64,000 nucleotides of DNA from Amoebidium appalachense. Taxonomy: Eukaryota > Protista > Ichthyosporea. The first letter of the stretch is position 1; the number at the start of each line of letters is the position of its first letter. Shown one piece after another: positions 62,475-64,000 of the stretch. Made by a program: the position numbers and the translations under genes. Below the pieces are notes generated by a model. That model did no database searches and had not been told where the DNA came from. It worked only from the letters and a program-made list of their open reading frames with translations. The stretch spans positions 6,679,029 through 6,743,028 of the forward strand of contig CAVNZM010000016.1 of the NCBI GenBank assembly GCA_963693365.1, written 5' to 3'.

Positions 62475-63148
62475 GGGCTCTGCTTATTATGCAAACTCTA
62501 TGTATGGTTGGCACTCTGCACCGTGTTATTCGTTGTTCATGTGTATTTCGTACTTTATTATGCATTCAACCCCCCCCCCCCTCCCGTCTTGCCCTCAATC
62601 CCGTCTTCCGATCTCGTGGGGTTTTGTTTTGGATGGTTCTGCATTGTTTGGAGGGTGCTTTAGGCGAGAGGGTTTGTCTCAACACAGCTTCTCGTCTTAG
62701 TGCTGTATAGTTTTTTTAGGCCACGTTCTGGCTGATTTGTTTGTTTCTGTCTTTCCTTCCATCTTTCCATTTTTCATTTCCTCTTTCTCATTTCTTTCTG
62801 CCTTTCTTTGCTTCGTGAGTCCCCCCCCCCCCCCCCCCCCCCCCTTTTCCTTTTTTTCTTTCTTTCTTTCTTTCTTTCTTCGTCTTTTTCTTCTTCTTCT
62901 TCTTTTTTTTTGTGCTTGACAACCCCCCTCCCCTCCCCCCGGGCTTCCACCCCACGGTTCAACCCATTTGCTATACCATTTAACCAAATAAGGCTATTTG
63001 CAGGTGGGCGGCAGCCAATCAGTGACGAGGTATACCAGCGCACGTGCTTTGTTGGGGGCCTGAGGCCGCCAGTCAACGAGGATGTGCTGCATGGCCACTT
63101 CCAGGCCATAGGGCCCATCCACGAGATCAGACTCATACCAAATAAGGG
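57712..63148 (+). CDS. NELFE: Negative elongation factor E homolog (5' start uncertain, 3' end beyond window); exons about 57712-57788, 58217-58248, 58781-58859, 59316-59414, 60354-60443, 61908-61981, 62372-62409, 63004-63148
   Basis: ITEEEKVLRNKYKKLSKLK resembles NELF-E LSEEEEALQKKFNKLKKKK; KRP..EAAKKLL resembles the second conserved helix; C-terminal RRM begins TCFVGGL..VNEDVLHGHFQAIGPIHEIRL; phases consistent. Confidence 0.8.
59705..59857 (+). repeat. 20-bp minisatellite, about 7 copies
   Basis: Unit acatgcattcacatgtgcac. Confidence 0.95.
61550..61705 (+). repeat. 5'-truncated poly(C)-ended dispersed repeat (NELF-E intron)
   Basis: Apparently identical to 29059-29214. Confidence 0.92.
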
Positions 63149-63311
63149 GTAGGCACTACTCTTGATTTTAATTTTTATGTTCTTTCTTATAATCATTTTG
63201 ATTTTTAAAATCTGTTGCGACATCCAGTCTTTTCATCCCTGATTCCCCTCTCAACATGCTACTTCTTCATCCTGAAGACCCCGTGCAACATGCAGCCCCC
63301 CCCTCCCCAAC

Positions 63312-63342
<31 letters not shown>

Positions 63343-63785
63343 CCCCATGGGGTGGGGAGGGGGTGTGGGGGAGGGGGAGGGAGGGGGGGGGGGGGGGGGG
63401 GGCAGACCATCCTCTCCATCCTTCTCCATAGAAGTTGTGACACCTCCACCAGCTTCTTTTTTTGTGTGTGTAGGCTTGTGGGGATGGTGGGTGGGTGGGT
63501 GGGTGGGTGGGTGGGTGGGTGTGGGTGTGGGGGGGGGGGGGGGGGATATATGGTTGTATAATGGAGGTAGAGAAAATTGTGGTGTATGAACCTCAAGGCA
63601 TATTCGAAACCATTGAGGGCATCTGTTTGGCTTCCGGTGTGCTTGGTCCCATGGCTTTGGATGTTCTGGATGCCGACAACAAGTCCCCCCCCCTCCCCCC
63701 CCTCTCCCTCGGGCTCCCACTCCGAATCCTGCCCTTACCTTATTTTTGAGATTTTTAAGGCACCCATTCCCCACACACACGCGCG

Positions 63786-63816
<31 letters not shown>

Positions 63817-64000
63817 GTGAATGACATGTGCGCCTCTCAGGATGGGCACTGTTTATGATGCATATGCTTTGTGTATGCTCTGCAAAATGTGTTGTGAAGT
63901 ACGTCGTGAATGTGTAGTTCGTACTCTGTAACACACTCTAACACCCCCCCCCCATGCACATACGAGATCACACACTCACACAGGCAGACACATTCACACG

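Noticed and set aside
63560-63680. Second half of the NELF-E RRM
   Set aside because: No RNP1-like sequence in the required phase; next exon probably lies beyond the window

Overview
Intron-rich eukaryotic DNA, saturated with (CA/GT)n, (GA)n and poly-G/C tracts, so almost all ORFs in the supplied track are repeat artefacts. A Runt-domain gene lacking the animal WRPY tail suggests a unicellular holozoan such as an ichthyosporean (inference only). 1-11.6 kb: a decayed tyrosine-recombinase retrotransposon (RT, RNase H, YR, Ngaro-type split direct repeats). Its RNase H is interrupted by a 6.1-kb CACTG...CAGTG DNA transposon with a TTT target duplication and an internal inverted triplication. 13.7-64 kb: spliced host genes reconstructed by hand from splice-site phases: an unknown multi-TM protein with one in-frame TAA, a C6orf136/DUF2358 homolog head-to-head with PIG-P, an uncertain minus-strand gene, an 18-exon Runx-like gene and NELF-E (truncated by the window end). 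Top finding: the Runt domain splices in frame to an IPT/TIG domain, a CAMTA-like linker helix and ankyrin repeats, an architecture I do not know from any Runx protein. Also notable is an intronic dispersed repeat family with a fixed end followed by poly(C) rather than poly(A). All gene models and homologies are by eye, with no database searches.
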